From positions 17,152,489-17,198,363 of the forward strand of contig NC_068986.1 of NCBI RefSeq assembly GCF_001194135.2: a stretch of DNA of 45,875 nt, written 5' to 3'. How positions within the stretch are numbered: position 1 is the stretch's first letter; the number at the start of each line of letters is the position of its first letter. Both the position numbers and the translations under genes were made by a program. Shown here piece after piece: positions 22,716 to 34,385 of this stretch. Origin of the DNA: Octopus bimaculoides. Lineage: Eukaryota. The notes beneath the pieces were generated by a model. It worked only from the letters and a program-made list of their open reading frames with translations. It searched no databases and had not been told where the DNA came from.

Positions 22716-23282
22716 TCTTCATATATTACACATATATTGTATAGATATATGTGTATATATATATTTGTCCGTCTCTCGGCTGTCTGGCTGTATGTATATA
22801 TAAATGTGAATTCATATGTCAATATAGATAATATGTATATATATGTATATATGTATATATATATGTATATGTATATNNNNNNNNNNNNNNNNNNNNNNNN
22901 NNNNNNNNNNNNNNNNNNNNNNNNNNNNNNNNNNNNNNNNNNNNNNNNNNNNNNNNNNNNNNNNNNNNNNNNNNNNNNNNNNNNNNNNNNNNNNNNNNNN
23001 NNNNNNNNNNNNNNNNNNNNNNNNNNNNNNNNNNNNNNNNNNNNNNNNNNNNNNNNNNNNNNNNNNNNNNNNNNNNNNNNNNNNNNNNNNNNNNNNNNNN
23101 NNNNNNNNNNNNNNNNNNNNNNNNNNNNNNNNNNNNNNNNNNNNNNNNNNNNNNNNNNNNNNNNNNNNNNNNNNNNNNNNNNNNNNNNNNNNNNNNNNNN
23201 NNNNNNNNNNNNNNNNNNNNNNNNNNNNNNNNNNNNNNNNNNNNNNNNNNNNNNNNNNNNNNNNNNNNNNNNNNNNNNNNGT

Positions 23283-23375
23283 CGATCAAAAGGGATCGTA
23301 GGAAGGGAAAAAGGGGCAGTTCGATCAAAAGGGATCGAAAAAAAAAGAAAAGGAAAGGCCGATCAATAGGGATCG
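23283..23375. repeat. Three copies of a 16-bp palindromic unit CGATC-AAWAGG-GATCG with different 22-23-nt purine-rich spacers
   Basis: Units at 23283-23298, 23322-23337 and 23360-23375; array starts at the edge of the 22877-23280 gap. Confidence 0.85.
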
Positions 23376-23381
23376 TGTATC

Positions 23382-23414
<33 letters not shown>

Positions 23415-23437
23415 TGATACACTTATAAGTTGGTGTG

Positions 23438-23468
<31 letters not shown>

Positions 23469-24310
23469 GCATCTTTACATATAAATATATGTAATTTTAA
23501 ATATCTTTTAATTAATGAAGACGAATATTCACTTTCATACATGTTTACATACAAAGATATAATACATATACACATGCGTACGGTACACATATTCACACAC
23601 ACGCATACACATGCATACACTCACATATGCAAATACAGATATATTCATATACATACGAATATTTATATACAGAAAGCTATGCATAAATATACGTATACAC
23701 ATAGACGCACATATAATTAATGGCATTGCATGTGTTGTCTGTCTGTTGAAGTGTTATGCCAATGTGCTGATGACATAAGCCTGGTTTAAATTTATAATTA
23801 GTAAAATATGTAGATGAATATAATTAGTGTCTGCACTTTGCATCATTATATTCATACACCATTTCCTTATGCCCCATTACATATAAAGCATTCTCATAAG
23901 TGCACAAGCAGACCTCCAGCCTAAATATAGTTTGAATACATCTGTAATTTGACCAGATAATTCATGCGTGGCCACATGAGCTTGCTCTGATATCACCCGT
24001 GCAGAAATGTATAATATACTGTATTGTAATTTATAATGCGTTCTCAATATAAATAGCACGACCAGATATATGCACCTACGCAGTCCTACGCAAACACATT
24101 TATTTGCACACAAAATTGCGCACACATACACATGTCTACATCCTATCACACACAAGCTAAATACCACGAAAGCAGACAACGAATTAACAAATGAAATAAA
24201 TGATTTTGAAATAATTCGTTTCCAACACCTCCTAATCATGCAAATATTAGAAAATATTTAATACACAGTCACATACACACTCATACCCACAGGCACACTG
24301 GATAATATGC

Positions 24311-24456
24311 TTACGTTCTGAGATCAAATTCTCAGAACGTCTTTACGTTTGAGATCAAATTCTGGTGAGGTCGAATTTGTCTTTTAACCTTTCTGAGTCG
24401 ATAAATTAAATACCAGTTGTGTTATCGACATAACTTTTGTCCTATAGAAGAAAGGA
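24311..24456 (+). mobile_element. SINE family A central fragment with a 5' duplication and fold-back
   Basis: ttacgtttgagatcaaattctggtgaggtcgaatttgtcttttaacctttctgagtcgataaattaaataccagttg, preceded by a second ttacgttctgagatcaaattct and an inverted ctcagaacgt. Confidence 0.8.
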
Positions 24457-24608
24457 AATTTACTTAAATAATTAAGTGAAATAGAGGTGCCGGTATATAA
24501 GGGTAAATCTGTGCGGATTATAAAAGGTTCAGAGATATCAGTGTCTTGAAATTTGGTGTTGTACTTCTATTTGAGAAATATATTCGATATAATCGATATA
24601 AGTTTATA

Positions 24609-26074
24609 CGAGTTGGTATCACAAAGTTCCCGTACTAGTTCTGTAGCACGCCAACACATGGTAGCACACGGTTGCGTGCGCAACGAGAACTAGCAGTGAC
24701 CTTCATGAGGGAGTGTGCCGAGTGACATCGCTGTATTTGCTTCACAAGTTGTGAAATTTGTGATATTTTGTGATCAGGTGTATGCTGAAGTGTACGATTT
24801 TTGTCATGGACAAGAAGTTGGGACAGGAAACCAACGTGAAAATTTGCGTTAAACTTGGGAGGTCTGCTACAGAGACAATGAGCATGCTTCGGCAAGCTTA
24901 CGACGATTAGGCAATGGGTCGTGCACAATTTTTCTAGTTGCAAGGGCACTTCAAAGTAGATGCAGGTCCCTGGAAGTCATGGAGCGATCTGGAAGACCTG
25001 CCACGAGCCTCATCCCCGGAAATGTGGAGAAAGTTCATCAGCTTATGCATGAGGATCGTCAGAGGACAATCTGATGAGAAATTCTAAAGGGCCAAAGCAC
25101 GTTGCCTTGTTTTATACTCCACTGATTACAACAGACCTTTTGGATAAACTATTCTTCGCTAGCGTCATTTAAATTCAGCCTTTAAACCTTTTAGCATTTA
25201 GATTCCTTTATCAAATGTAATCCTTGTTGCTGGTCTGTCGTATGGGTCGGTGCAGGCAATCCTAACGTCTAAATTGATCATAAGTCGTGCATATGCCAAG
25301 TTTGTTCCCCGCTTGCTGACAGCTGAGCAGAAAGAACATCGTGTCGAAGTCTGTCAAGAACTCCGTCAGTGTGCCGCTGAATTTTCATCCTTCATACCGA
25401 GAATCATCACTAGTGACGGGGGGGGGGGTTCTACGGGCACGGCTCTGAGACGAAGCAGTAATTGTTGCAATGCAATGGAAGAACCCTTCATCTCCACGAC
25501 CAAAGAAGGTACGAAAGAGCCGCAGATCAATCAAAAGCATGCTGATCGAGCTTTTTTGTTTTTCAACATCCGCGATATTGTCAATCGACAGCTCGCTCCC
25601 CACGGCCAGACCGTCAACTGAGAATTCTATTGCGACATTCTGAAGCGTTTGAGGCGAAAGCGATTGGATCTATGGAGACCAAATAATTGGATTCTTCATG
25701 ACGACAATGCGCCCTGTCACCGAGCAGCTCAATGCTCCCTGTCACCCAAAGTAATATGATATCGCTTCCGCACCTGCCTTATTCGCCAGATTTAGCACCT
25801 GCATTCTTTCATCTCTTCTCAAAGATGAAAAAGCAGCTCAAATGTCACCGTTTTAACACCGTTGTCGAGATCCAGAACGAATCGCAGAACATCCTCGACT
25901 CCTTTACGAAAAACGACTTCCAGGCCGGATTTCAAAAGGGGGCAAGATCGCTGGGATTGATGTATTGCTGCGCAACGTGACTATTTCAAAGGAGATTCTA
26001 AAAATTTAGGCAAACGAGTAAAATCTTTTGTTTATTAACCATAACTAGTCCGCGAAATTTTTGATGTTACCTCG
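24609..26074 (+). mobile_element. Full-length decayed mariner (Tc1/mariner, DD34D type) DNA transposon
   Basis: Left end TA-cgagttggtatcacaaagttcccgtactagtt versus reverse complement of right end TA-cgaggtaacatcaaaaatttcgcggactagtt: 26/34 identical by my count, including the TA. TA TSDs at 24607-24608 and 26075-26076. About 1315 bp without the internal insertion. Confidence 0.92.
24806..26000 (+). pseudogene. Mariner transposase pseudogene (stops, frameshifts, ~150-bp insertion)
   Basis: MDKKLGQETNVKICVKLGRSATETMSMLRQAY..., RSGRP, EDRQRTI, GLSYGSVQAIL, AKFVPRLLTAEQKEHRVEVCQE, IITSD, WILHDDNAPCH, LPHLPYSPDLAPAFFHLF, RDYFKGD. These are the helix-turn-helix, WVPxxL-like, D1, D2 and YSPDL motifs of mariner transposases. 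Confidence 0.92.
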
Positions 26075-26440
26075 TAACTAGAAGCCATATTTTCCTTTTC
26101 TAACAAGATCATCTATCCAAGTGGATCTTAAACTTGTATTTGAACACAAAATATACTGAGAGGAAACGGCTGCATCATAGCTTCATCATATGTACCATCA
26201 TACGGAATTGTATTGCTTTCATCTGAATCCATCCTACTGACTTTGAAGAAGATTTCCTTTATTGAAAAAAAACAAAAAAAACAAACAAACAAACAAACAA
26301 CGCCATTTCATAAAATTCTGCACTACAAGACACTTCACACAGTTTACAAAGAGAATGGCCAATATTTGGAAAGGAAAATGAAAGCATGAGCCTGAGGCTT
26401 ACAGAGTTTCTGCTCGATTATGCAATGGAAACACGCACAC

Positions 26441-26445
26441 CATCG

Positions 26446-26500
<55 letters not shown>

Positions 26501-26526
26501 TATCATCATCATCATCATCATCATCG

Positions 26527-26557
<31 letters not shown>

Positions 26558-26591
26558 AACGTCGTCGTCGTCGTCGTCATCATCACCATCG

Positions 26592-26646
<55 letters not shown>

Positions 26647-26799
26647 ATCGTCGTCGTCGTCATCATCATCATCATCATTGTCACCATCACCATCGTCATC
26701 GTCATCATCATCATCATCATCATCATCATCAACAACATCATCATCATCATCACCATCATCATCATCATCGTCATCGTTGTCGTTGTTGTTGCTTTTGTT

Positions 26800-26852
<53 letters not shown>

Positions 26853-26880
26853 TAATAATAATGATAATGACAATAATAAT
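26441..26880. repeat. (CAT/CGT)n to (TTG)n to (AAT)n compound microsatellite
   Basis: Direct reading. Confidence 0.95.
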
Positions 26881-27021
26881 CATGTTGGTCGCAGTTTACA
26901 CACAGGATCGTGAATAAAATGTAAAAAGAAAGACCAATATGTGAAAACAGCAGAAACGAATAAAATAGAAAAAAGAACGTTACGCGTGGCCAGCGTACAA
27001 TATGATGTGCACGAGCACTCA

Positions 27022-27048
27022 ATAATGGCGATGGTGAAGATGATGATA

Positions 27049-27121
<73 letters not shown>

Positions 27122-27290
27122 CGATGATGGTGGTGGTGGTGATGGTAGTGGTGATGGTGGTAGTGGTGGTGGTGACGATGATGGTGCTGGTTATGTTGCT
27201 GAGTATGGTGATGATGTTGGTGGTGGTGGTGATGATGATGATGACGATGATATAATGATGGTCATGATGGTTGATGATGATGATTATTAT
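27022..27290. repeat. (GAT/GGT)n microsatellite
   Basis: Direct reading; reverse complement class of the 26441 tract. Confidence 0.95.
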
Positions 27291-27338
27291 TTATGGAATT
27301 AATAACGAAAACGATAGTAATACAATCGATAATAACAA

Positions 27339-27379
<41 letters not shown>

Positions 27380-27639
27380 TAATAAACATTACAGTAATAA
27401 TGATGATTATGATGAACTTGATGATATAAATTTTAAAAGAAATCTAATAAATTTATTCTTGAAAATGCGAAATTTAAACAAAAGATGCTGAGAAAAACAA
27501 AAAAAAAACAAAAAAAAAACAAACGCAAATACAAAAATAAAAACAACAACAAAAAATCATTTAAAAAAAAACACCATAGCACATATCTCAGGCACACGGT
27601 GCTTTTCTCGATTATGAATGAAGATGTGAATTCGGAAGC

Positions 27640-27656
27640 AACAACAGCTACTACTG

Positions 27657-27689
<33 letters not shown>

Positions 27690-27713
27690 TTACTACTACT
27701 ACTACTACTACTG

Positions 27714-27746
<33 letters not shown>

Positions 27747-27925
27747 ATAATAATAATAATAATAATACTAAGAAGAAGAAGAATGATAATTATGATAAAA
27801 GAATACCGTTACAAAAAATCTATAATTATACATGTTTCATTAGTTTTTCTTCACACATTGTTTTTGATTGTTGTTGTTGTTGTTATCATTCTTCTTCTTC
27901 TTTTTCTTCTTCTTCTTATTATTAA

Positions 27926-27975
<50 letters not shown>
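27640..27975. repeat. (CTA)n, (AAT)n, (TTG)n, (CTT)n, (TAT)n microsatellite cluster
   Basis: Direct reading. Confidence 0.9.
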
Positions 27976-27976
<1 letters not shown>

Positions 27977-28567
27977 CTTATCTTTGTTTTTGTCTTTTGT
28001 AAATATTTTCCCCCAACACGATATGAAAAATGTTATAAAGGTCACACGTTTGTCACGATGGAGTGACATTTATAAAGACATAACGGATGTATCTAGACAC
28101 AGTTGTATTTTCTTTCTTTACTGTTCTTTTTTGCCAATATTATCAAAAATTTTATTATTAATATTAACGGACGAGGCTTCAAACAATTTTTTTTTTCTAT
28201 TAGAATTTTTTATGCTAATTTTCTGCTTATTTTTATTTCTCTATTGTCTCAATTTCCAAACGTGCACCTCCATCAAAATCATATCATGCTTAGAAAGCTT
28301 TTTTTTCTTTTTGTTATGTTTTAGTTGTTTGTTTATTTTGTTTTATTTTCATATTCAGGGAAATATTTCTGCGTGGTGTTTATAGATAATATTGTTGAAC
28401 TGTTTGCGTAGGTTTGCTTGCTTATTTGTTAAATTTTGTTTAATTTTTTTATTAAAAGAATATAAAAAGATGACCGTATTGATATGAAGGGTGAAACTCA
28501 TGATCTACGACCAGTCGAAAGAGTTACGAGTTCGTATATATTCTTCGCTCAGAAGACAGCCATGCCA

Positions 28568-28782
28568 AAGCGGTGAGCTGGGAGAAACGTTAGCACGCCG
28601 GGCGAAATGGTTAGCGGTATTTTGTCTGTCTTTACGTTCTGAGTCCAAATTCCGCCGAAGTCGATTTTGCCTTTCATCCTTTCGGGGTCGATAAATTAAG
28701 TAACTGTAGCATACTGGGGTCGATATAATCGACTGGTCCCCTCCACTAAAATTTCAGGCCTTGTGCCTAGAGTAAAAAAGAA
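28568..28782 (+). mobile_element. SINE family A, full length, well preserved
   Basis: Head aagcggtgagctgggagaaacgttagcacgccgggcgaaatg (A-box-like), gagtccaaattcc (B-box-like), core tttgcctttcatcctttcggggtcgataaattaagta, tail ggccttgtgcctagagtaaaaaag. Possible 12-bp TSD agaagacagcca (28551-28562) / agaaggcagcca (28779-28790). Confidence 0.92.
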
Positions 28783-30129
28783 GGCAGCCACACCATACGC
28801 TTTACCGCTAAGTTACAACAAAAGGATGAACCATAACACTTTACAGAGTATCCGTGACTGCGTGATGGATGCATACAGGAATCCACAAAGCAGGGACTCG
28901 GCCCGGATGATTAAAATTAGAAGGGTTTTATGAAAGCACCACAGGATCAAATGATGGTGTGAGAGCCTACTTAAGAAATTGAACTCAAAAAATTCGAACA
29001 GCCGGAACGGATACTGCAATGCATCACAACCAACGTTCCACCGCTCTCGACTGTTCATCACCTCCGGAAAGTTACGAAAGGCAAAGCTGACCTTGGGAAG
29101 ATTTCATCACTGGGGGCAAGCAAACGGAGTTAGTACAGAAAAGTAGTTCACTGCCATTTAGTCATAATCAAAGAGTGTAGGATAGACCAAACACAACACG
29201 GCAGCGTGGCCAAATGGAAGATTATTTCTCTAACCTGCTTGCCATACGCATGCGCATGAAACTGTAAATGTGCCCGAAAAGCTTACCTAAAACAAAAGTC
29301 AATTCTTCTCCCGTCATTGTCATATGCATTGCATTTTGCAGTGGGGTAGGTAGAACTTGCTTTCAGAAAGTGTTGCAACATGGCAGCATTCAAATGTACT
29401 TCGAGTATCATCCATTCATACTGAGGAGGCCATGTTTTTTCGGCAGACGACAAATGTTGTGAAATTATGGAAAGCCAGCTTTACTGCAATAGCTTCGCCT
29501 GCTCCAGCCTCACATTTATATCATTCAGCCATTAGCTGATCACATATAAAACTGTAGAAAAAACACTAGACGTAATGAATCAGCTTTCAGCACACTTATA
29601 TTTTAAATAATATGTTGGTAAGTGATTCGGAGCGGTGGCAGATTCTAACGTCGTGTACGAGCTGTAATCTAGCGGTTTAGATTGCTAATTCTACGTATAA
29701 TGAAAGAATTCATGGCGGTAGTCATCTTGATATTTTTTTTTCTGTAGGATCTATAATACAGAACAATGATGCCTTGCTGAAAAGTTGAAGATCGGAAAGA
29801 CAAATGATGTTCAGTAGACGTTAGTTACATTGTAATGGCATGTATCTGAGAAACATGTATGTTATTTTTTTATACACGAACAGAAACACACATACACACA
29901 CAGCCGTATTCTCTCCCTCTCTCTCTGTCTCTATCAATCACTCTCCTTCTCTCTCACACACTCACAGACACGGGTACTCCACCTCCTCCCCACAGGAAAA
30001 CAAACAACCGTGCTTAGATACGTTGTATTAACAATTACTTTTGCGATAATATCGATTTCTTCTTTAGACGCAGACTCAAATTAAAAGGCGGTGTTTGTGA
30101 TAAAATTTATTTCTAAAATTGGCACGGAT

Positions 30130-30270
30130 CTTTTGTTCTTTAACTGCTTTTAGTCATTGGACTGTGGCCATGCTGGGTCACCGCCACAATTCCACTTAAC
30201 GTGTACTTATTTTATCGACAACAGGAAAGATGAAAGTTTAAGCTGACCGCGACGGATATCAGTTCAAAAT
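30130..30270 (-). mobile_element. SINE fragment: family A core joined to a family D-type tail
   Basis: Reverse complement: ctttcatctttcctgttgtcgataaaataagtac ... ggcggtgacccagcatggccacagtccaatgactaaaagcag. Confidence 0.7.
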
Positions 30271-30549
30271 ATAAAAGAGAATAATTAAATATTGATTAAT
30301 TGCTAAAGCGTAAGACTCATCCGTTTGCTGGAAGTGGTGGAGGTAATTACTTCAACTTACTTTACTTCATGGACCTCCCAAAAAAAACATGAATTTAACC
30401 TCAGGATAATTGGAACTCAAAATGTAAAGCTATGACATTAAATACAGCATGGCATTTGGCCACCATACAGCTATGGACACTGCTACCCAAAAGCCTTCGT
30501 TTCATAATTATTATACATAATTTGCTTTTAAATTTATTCGTCATATAGT

Positions 30550-30750
30550 TATAAGTGTTCGGTAAAATGTGAATGTGTTATATATACAGATGTTTATTAT
30601 TATTATGATTATTATTATAAAACCATGACACTTCATTAATTGTACTAAATATAAGTGTTCGGTAAAATGTGAATGTGTTATATATACAGATGTTTATTAT
30701 TATTATGATTATTATTATAAAACCATGACACTTCATTAATTGTACTAAAT
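30550..30750. repeat. Perfect tandem duplication, period 100 bp
   Basis: tataagtgttcggtaaaatg...gtactaaa at 30550-30649 is repeated at 30650-30749 with no difference that I could see. Confidence 0.9.
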
Positions 30751-31860
30751 GTTGCTTAAACGTACAGATTTTTCTACTTTTCTTATTTTAATTATTAGGA
30801 TACGTTTTTTGAAGTCACAAGACCTGAAGAATGGCCTCATTATGAGTGGTATTTATCTTAATCGATTCATTGTAGATTGACCAGATCTTTCCAACTTTTA
30901 TGTGACCATGAAACGCGCGTAGACTTTTATTCACTTTCATTTTTATAATTTTACTAAACTGATTTAAATTTTTAGTCATAGATTTTACTACAAATTTACT
31001 CTTGAAGTTTTTAGATTTTGAAATTAGTATTTTGCATAGTACGCTTTTCTTGATGGTGTCTGATCTCCTTCATCGTTCGAGTTGCATCGTGTTGGTTCTT
31101 CTCTAAATTATTAATATATATATATATATANNNNNNNNNNNNNNNNNNNNNNNNNNNNNNNNNNNNNNNNNNNNNNNNNNNNNNNNNNNNNNNNNNNNNN
31201 NNNNNNNNNNNNNNNNNNNNNNNNNNNNNNNNNNNNNNNNNNNNNNNNNNNNNNNNNNNNNNNNNNNNNNNNNNNNNNNNNNNNNNNNNNNNNNNNNNNN
31301 NNNNNNNNNNNNNNNNNNNNNNNNNNNNNNNNNNNNNNNNNNNNNNNNNNNNNNNNNNNNNNNNNNNNNNNNNNNNNNNNNNNNNNNNNNNNNNNNNNNN
31401 NNNNNNNNNNNNNNNNNNNNNNNNNNNNNNNNNNNNNNNNNNNNNNNNNNNNNNNNNNNNNNNNNNNNNNNNNNNNNNNNNNNNNNNNNNNNNNNNNNNN
31501 NNNNNNNNNNNNNNNNNNNNNNNNNNNNNNNNNNNNNNNNNNNNNNNNNNNNNNNNNNNNNNNNNNNNNNNNNNNNNNNNNNNNNNNNNNNNNNNNNNNN
31601 NNNNNNNNNNNNNNNNNNNNNNNNNNNNNNNNNNNNNNNNNNNNNNNNNNNNNNNNNNNNNNNNNNNNNNNNNNNNNNNNNNNNNNNNNNNNNNNNNNNN
31701 NNNNNNNNNNNNNNNNNNNNNNNNNNNNNNNNNNNNNNNNNNNNNNNNNNNNNNNNNNNNNNNNNNNNNNNNNNNNNNNNNNNNNNNNNNNNNNNNNNNN
31801 NNNNNNNNNNNNNNNNNNNNTCCTTCCTTCCCCCTCCCAAAAAGAAAAGCTCTACATTGT

Positions 31861-31909
31861 ATTTGTCCCATCTTCGTTGAGCCCTGTGTGGCTAATAAAA
31901 GAAATGTAT
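31861..31909 (+). mobile_element. 3' tail fragment of the SINE A variant seen at 43610
   Basis: tttgtcccatcttcgttgagccctgtgtggctaataaaagaaat versus reverse complement of the 43610 tail tttgtcccctctatgtttagccccttgtgggcaataaagaaat. Confidence 0.5.
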
Positions 31910-32510
31910 CTATCTATCTATCTATCTATCTATCTGTGTTTCTATCTATTTGTCCCGGACTGTCTGCCTGTCAGTATCGGAGAAGATATAAGAAGCATTA
32001 AGAGGAGCACTAGTCCAGTTAAGTCACTGAAAACTGTGTCTTCGGATTGTTTTGCTGCTCATTTCAAGTAACAGTATATATTATTTATACCCCAGGATAA
32101 ATCGCAATTAATCTTAATTAGCAATGGTACATTTTTACTTCCATTTCATTATGCCCCAATACAAAACATATTTCTCCTATTTAATATTTATACCTTAGGC
32201 CTTCCTTTCGTGGTAATTAACGGTTGTATTTTTGTTTACGTCTAAATACAAAGAAAAATTCTAATACCAAGAAGCAACAATTATGTATTCGTGCGCATTC
32301 TCCTAGTTTCACAAAAATGAAGTTGGTGGTGGTTGTGGTTTATTGTAGAAGAATGGTTCTAATCATCAAAGATCTACTGATTATACGAAAGAAAGTTTCA
32401 GAACTTCGGTTCAAATCAGCTCCTTTTAATTTTGATCATTAACGCAGCTGAAATAATATTTCATAAAAGACCCCGTGAAACTTCACAAATTTTTGCTGTT
32501 CGGCGCACGA

Positions 32511-32651
32511 TAATACTTTCTACTATAGGCACAAGGCCTGAAATTTGGGGGTAAGGGAATAGTTGATTAAATTGACCACATTGCACAACTGGTACTTATT
32601 TTATCGACCCCGAAAGGATGAAATGCAAGATCCACTTCGACAGAATTTCAA
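32511..32651 (-). mobile_element. SINE family A, 5'-truncated
   Basis: Plus strand tactttctactataggcacaaggcctgaaattt ... actggtacttattttatcgaccccgaaaggatgaaatgcaa is the reverse complement of the A core and tail. Confidence 0.88.
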
Positions 32652-34000
32652 TGGAAGAAATACCATTTTGATGTTAGTAACGAAGTAATATGTAAATATG
32701 CAGAATCAGACAATTCTGACTTAAACGTCAGAATATACTTCCCTTTGTGTCTACATTTTCCGACGGTTTCGGATTTTGAACTATTCGGTTGAATTGAATG
32801 TTTCAGCATCAAGTTTCTCTACTAGTGCATAGATCATATTATTCTGCTGCACTCTATTTACCGCCGGTCCATTGTAGAATCTTTCATGTCACTCTAACTG
32901 GAGACATACCAGGAGATTCTTTGTTGTGTTCACTTTTGTTCTTTCCACATTTAAGTAGGTGATGATTGTAAAAGTTAGTCTTAAGTTTTGCCATTATAGT
33001 TCTATATATTCTGTGATTGTACAGATTTTGTTCAACTTAACTGCTCAAATTCCGTTAAGTAAACAAGTGTTAAAATTGCAACGTTTTCTGCAGGGATGCA
33101 TCAAATCTTCTGCCTACTTCTTCAATCGATTTTGTAGTTTTGCATGTTATAATGCTTCTCATGTTTAAATGTACAACTATAACTATATTTAAGGGTGTTT
33201 CTATTGAATAATTTATTTTCTTTGTGGTTGCTTACTTACCTATTTCGTTGAAGAAAATTATAGCACCTTTGGATATTACATAAAATGAATAGGATGAGTG
33301 AACTAGATGATTGTACGTCATTTTTACTTCATGGGAGATAAGAAGCTTTAGGGACTTCTTGGTTGGTGTATACACACTGTAGTCCTGAAAAAGCTGGGGC
33401 AAAAAATATCTATTTGTACGGTCTTATATATGTACTGAAATCAATGGAGAATGATGTTGATAAAAGGGAGATTCTTGGTTTTCTGATAACGCTTGTGCTT
33501 GATAGTAAAAAGTGACATTTAGGATATTCTCTATGGTACTGTATTTTCTTTTCTTTTTTTTTTATTCCATAGCGATATTCTACACCCAAACAGCTTCAAA
33601 TTTTGATCATATCCTTTCTTAATTTATCTTTGATGCGTGTGCTAGCGTTATTGAAAATGACTTAACTGTGATCAGGATAGAATGGAATTTAGTACATTAA
33701 TCTTCTTTTGAGTATATTTAAAGTGTACAATCCAATGAGATTGGTAATATCTGTGCTGTGGAATGAACACATGCGTACATTGAATAAAATTCCCTATAAG
33801 TTCGTTACATATTCATAGCAGATGCACGAAGGAGTCTGCAGCCAACAACCGTTTATAAACTATTAAAGGAATATATCACAGAATCAAATTCTATCGATTA
33901 ATATACATACATACATACATACACACACAAATACATGCATGCATACATACATACGTACATAAAAACACACACACACACATACACACACATACATGTTCAT

Positions 34001-34180
34001 TCATTCTTTCATATTTTATTAGATTCAGTCAGGCTGGAGCACCGCCTTGAAGAATTTTCATTAATTGAACGAATCGACCCCAGTACTCAAGGTTTAAATC
34101 CTGGTTCTTATATTAGGTATGGGGCGTAAACACACCAACACCTCTTTTCAAACGCTGGTTGTGCGATAAACAAAGACACA
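34001..34180 (-). mobile_element. SINE-like repeat, family D, degenerate
   Basis: Reverse complement has ggtgtgtttacgcccc ... gtactggggtcgattcgttcaatta ... aggcggtgctccagc..tgact; tail shared with the 30130 fragment. Confidence 0.55.
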
Positions 34181-34215
34181 TTCACCCCCACCCTGTATAT
34201 ATATGTATGTGTGTG

Positions 34216-34248
<33 letters not shown>

Positions 34249-34385
34249 GAGATGGGTTTCTTCCAGTTTCCATCTATAAAATCTATTCACTAGGTATTCG
34301 TCAGCCCGAGGCTATAGTAGAGGACTCAAGCCCCAGCTGCCACGTAGCGGGACTGAACCTTGAACCATATGATTGGGAAGCAAAT
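34249..34385 (-). mobile_element. SINE family B (head truncated)
   Basis: Reverse complement: gcttcccaatcatatggttcaaggttcagtcccgctacgtggcagctggggc...tctactatagcctcgggctgac...ggaaactggaagaaacccatc, then (AT)n; B-box-like GGTTCAGTCCC; homologous to 44455-44552. Confidence 0.75.

Noticed and set aside
23283-23375. CRISPR array
   Set aside because: Eukaryotic context, no cas genes, only three 16-bp units, low-complexity spacers. Kept as a repeat and as a finding.
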